NCBI GenBank assembly: GCA_030390025.1
Contig: CM059442.1
Span: 56,668,001 to 56,732,000, forward strand
DNA length: 64,000 nucleotides
From: Squalus acanthias
Lineage: Eukaryota
Direction of reading: 5' to 3'
In this document: one piece after another, positions 61,116 to 64,000 of the stretch
Position numbering within the stretch: position 1 is the stretch's first letter
How the letters are laid out: each line of letters starts with the position of its first letter
Notes under the pieces: generated by a model
Told to the model about the DNA's origin: nothing
Database searches by the model: none
What the model saw: the letters and a program-made list of their open reading frames with translations, nothing else
Translations under genes and position numbers: made by a program

Positions 61116-62490
61116 TATATATAATTAAATTGTAAGTTGTAGCATATTATTTGTTGCTTTAGTGCTCTGTTCTTGTCGAGTTCTGACTCTGGATTCAGTC
61201 CATTTATCCCAGTTCAGAATTAGTTGACCATCCCAAATCAAATCCCCCACTTCTGTTCATTGCCATGCCGCATTCTTGAAGTGTCGTGAGAAGCTCTCCC
61301 TCGATTATCCAACGATAAGTGTTAGTAATTGCTGGATTTTCTGACATTTAATATTGCAAATGTCCGCCAGATATTTGCCTTTAGCAGATGTTCTCGCTCG
61401 CTGTGTTGCAAATCATTAGGTACAGTCACTTAATTATAGTCCTGGAATAGAAAACACAGCTCCTTTTCCCCCTTGGTCTCTGGGTCATCCAGCACTATTT
61501 AAACACAGCCTGTCAGCGCCATAAACATGCAACCAGCATATAAACACTGCGGCAGCAATCTTGTGCTCACAGAGCATTGTTATGTTTTATATATATATAC
61601 AAACTCCATCATTGGCTGCTTTCGTTTGGACTCTCAACTTTATTGTTTCCAGCAGGTCAGATTAATCTCTTGTGAGTTTGAAATCGAATGTGCGGCTGTT
61701 CTGTCGGGGGGCACTACAAAATGATATTTGATTACATACTGTCCTTCAGCCGCCTGCCTGCGTGGAATACTAATGCACAGGAGTGTCGGTGCATTCCAAT
61801 GATGTCACCTTCAGCAGCTTGCCTGTCACTTCCAACCATTTGGAATCGTCCAGCAGTGGCAGGTGGCCAGTTCCGACCTTAAGACAACAACCGCCTGTCA
61901 CATAAAAAGGATGGCCGCGTGTATAGGCTCCCGCCTGGCCTGTTGGACAACAAACACTGGCCACTCGGAACACACACCCCCTCGCCCTCCTCCTGTGGCT
62001 CCAGGTAATTTGGTTTAATAGCCAATTGACCACTAGCCGCTTCCACCGACGTCTCCGGGCACTTTTCGCTAGAACGCAAACCTATCTTTCATCGCATAAC
62101 ATCTGCAGGCACGAGAATCCAGGCAAATGCCTGTGTATTGCTGCAAATCAGGTTCTCCCAAAGGCACAGTTGGGAGGGGTGTAGAATGGTGCTTCATTGC
62201 TGTGGAGAGCCAGGAATGGGCTGGGGGTGAGGGGTGGGAGGAAGTCTCCCCACACTTGTAATCCTACTCTCCCACTTGATGGGAATTGCAAAGATAAACA
62301 GCCACCATATTTCCACGTTTGCTTTGGCCATTGCGGTTTGCAATGGGAATGGTGATCGAATCACCAAGTATTTCTGGAGAACCCTTTGAGATTAGGTACT
62401 TTTTTAGACTTTTAAATGGAGCGAGGTTACTACCACAGTGAAGTTACAGGCTGGGCAGGACATGCCTTTCATCCCAGAATGTCTTTGATA

Positions 62491-62961
62491 AAAGGAAAGA
62501 CAGACTTGCATTTCTATAGCGCCTTTCACGACCACCGGACGTCTCAAAGCGTTTTACAGCCATTTAAATACTTTTTTTTGGGAGTGTAGTCACTGTTGTA
62601 ATGTGGGAAACGCAGTAGCCAATTTGCACACAGCAAGCTCCCACAAACAGCAATGTGATAATGACCAGATAATTTGTTATGTTGATTGAGGGATAAATAT
62701 TGGCCAGGACACCGGGGAGAACTCCCCTGCTCTTCTTCGAAATAGTGCCATGGGATCTTTTACCTCCACCTGAGAGAGCAGACGGGACCTCGGCTTAACG
62801 TCTCATCTGAAAGAAGGCACCTCCGACAGTGCAGCGCTCCCTCGGCACTGTACTGGAGTGTCAGCCTAGATTTCTGTGCTCAAGTCTCTGGAGTGGGACT
62901 TGAACCCACAACCTTCTGACTCAGAGGCCAGAGAGTGCTACCCACTGAGTCACAGCTGACA
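62491..62961 (-). mobile_element. Deu-domain tRNA SINE, full length
   Basis: Reverse complement is colinear with 60671-61115 from head to tail. Confidence 0.92.
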
Positions 62962-63253
62962 GTGATAACCTACCTATTCACATTAAACCAAAGCAGCGGT
63001 GAAAAACACCACGTAAATGAGGAAACAGTGTGCAGTCAATGAATTATCCAAGGGGCGAGGTTTACTTTTGCACCACTTGCAACGCACGCCTCTTTTAAGT
63101 GTAGACACATTAGGAGACATTATTGGCTTGCAAGCCATAAACATATGTTTGTAAGCAAATTGGCTAATAGAATAAGCATTTGAAGATCACAAAACGTTCC
63201 ATACATGGGATTATAGCAAAGTTTGCGGCAGATTATTGCCCTGCCATTGTCTT

Positions 63254-64000
63254 ATACATAGATACATACATAGAAGATAGGAGCAGGAGTAGGCCATCCG
63301 GCCCTTCGAGCCTGCTCCGCCATTTAATGAGATCATGGCTGATCCTCCAATTCAGTATCCCGTCCCCGCCTTCTCTCCGTAACCCTTAACCCCTTTTGCC
63401 TGTAGAAATATATCTAATTCCCTCTTAAATATATTTAATGAGCTGGCGTACACTGCCCTCTGTGGCAATGAGTTCCACAGGTTCACCACCCTCTGAGTGA
63501 AGAAATTCCCCCTCATTTCTGTCCTAAATGGTTTAGCCCTTATCCTTAAATGATGTCCTCTAGTTCTGTTCTCACCCGCCAAGGGAAACATTCCTTCTGC
63601 ATCTAGTCTGTCTAGACCTGTCAGAATTTTATACACTTCTATGAGGTCCCCTCTCAATCTTCTAAACTCCAGTGTGTACATCCCTAAACTACATAGTCTC
63701 TCCTCATAGGTCAATCCCGCCATTCCTGGTATCAGCCTGGTGAATCGCCGCTGCACCCCCTCCATGGCAAGAACATCTTTCCTCAGATGAGGCGACCAAA
63801 ACTGTACACAGTACTCGAGGTGTGGTCTCACCAGTGCCCTGTACAGCTGCAGCAAGGTTTCCCTGTTCCTGTATTCCAACCCTTTTGCTATGAAGGCCAG
63901 CATACCGTTTGCCTTCTTGATCGCCTGTTGCACCTGCATGCTCGCCTTCAGTGACTGGTGTACAAGAACACCCAGGTCTCTCTGTACTTCCCCCTCTCCC
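63254..64000 (-). mobile_element. Young CR1 LINE 3' end, ORF2 open to the window edge
   Basis: QQAIKKANGMLAFI...LYRALVRPHLEYCVQFWSP...RRLRGDLIEVYKIL...FFTQRVVNLWNSLP; (CATA/GATA)n tail. Confidence 0.95.

Noticed and set aside
24328-64000. TNRC18 exon 3 within the window
   Set aside because: I saw no segment encoding the expected (E/D)AFLGSF...QLWA..HEG-like peptide. It is probably beyond the window; tBLASTn is needed, and the N-gap cannot be excluded.

Overview
This is vertebrate genomic DNA, not prokaryotic. The repeat content (Deu-domain tRNA SINEs of the SacSINE1 type, CR1 and L2 LINE 3' ends) points to a cartilaginous fish, probably a shark; that is inference. The only host gene I recognise is the 5' end of TNRC18 on the + strand: a CCAAT/TALE-motif promoter (~21.9-22.0 kb), a probable non-coding exon 1 (ending 22222), and the first coding exon (23995-24327, ATG at 24126, MDGRDFG...PPGKY...HSG). 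I found no further TNRC18 exon, so the next intron appears to exceed 39 kb. The window has two regimes. Positions ~1-34 kb retain CpG and have few transposons (none recognised before ~26.7 kb); they hold two minisatellites, several enhancer-like blocks and a candidate antisense exon. Positions ~34-64 kb are CpG-depleted and rich in SINE/LINE fragments, with a hAT-type MITE, nested and tandem insertions, and a 242-N gap. Nearly all other ORFs in the track are spurious or LINE remnants. I see no CRISPR array or novel coding system; the best leads are regulatory or structural. Repeat boundaries were read by eye and are approximate (about +/-10-20 bp).
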